Positions 63,734 through 64,000 of a stretch of DNA of 64,000 bases are shown here, piece by piece. A program made the position numbers and the translations under genes. The DNA lies in assembly GCA_965644265.1 (NCBI GenBank), contig OZ286476.1, positions 34,038,001 to 34,102,000 on the forward strand, in the 5' to 3' direction. The notes beneath the pieces were generated by a model that did not search any database, had not been told where the DNA came from, and saw only the letters and a list, made by a program, of their open reading frames with translations. The stretch comes from Glycera tridactyla (lineage: Eukaryota). Every line of letters starts with the position of its first letter. Within the stretch, counting starts at the first letter, position 1.

Positions 63734-64000
63734 ATCTGACCGATCAGTCAGAAACAGCTGTTCATTCCAGATCGCTCAGAAAGTGTTTCGGAGCTCAAAT
63801 GACAGCGCATTGCAGCTTATTCATTATGAGAGCTAAACAATTACAAATATAGCCGTTTGAAGGTCTAAAATCAATTCAAAAGAATTTTCCTTCGAAAATA
63901 CAGCCCAACGTGATGTCGCAGATCATATAGACCAAAAATCTCAAGGTGGTCACATGTGACAGGTTGGTCTCAATACGGAGGTTTCACTCAAAAAGTAGGT

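Overview
Repeat-rich metazoan genomic DNA with spliceosomal introns, resembling marine-invertebrate sequence; the species cannot be determined. No prokaryotic features, CRISPR, rRNA or complete tRNA genes were found. Host genes: (1) the last four exons of a STE11-type MAP3K (MEKK2/3-like) kinase on + (11522-24883), spliced in frame with HRD, DFG and SPE motifs intact; (2) a two-exon gene on - (33864-31187) encoding a secreted-type PAN/apple + LamG-like protein, with one TGA at a conserved Trp and a 73-bp array that multiplies its splice donor. Mobile DNA dominates. A young CR1-group LINE on - has three intact ORFs: a 971-aa L1-type ORF1, an overlapping stand-alone SGNH esterase ORF, and, 3.6 kb further on, a 960-aa APE-RT ORF2. 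Its spacer holds an antisense, codon-phased 39/177-bp higher-order repeat. A decayed second LINE with the same layout lies in a 10-kb kinase intron. Also present: a 3.3-kb TA-flanked near-complete palindrome with diverged arms (40111-43416), a decayed chromodomain-bearing Gypsy element without a recognisable 3' LTR (about 50048-60660), and several RT fragments, MITEs, SINE pieces and simple repeats. The best candidate for an undescribed system is the tri-ORF LINE with a long cargo-bearing spacer.
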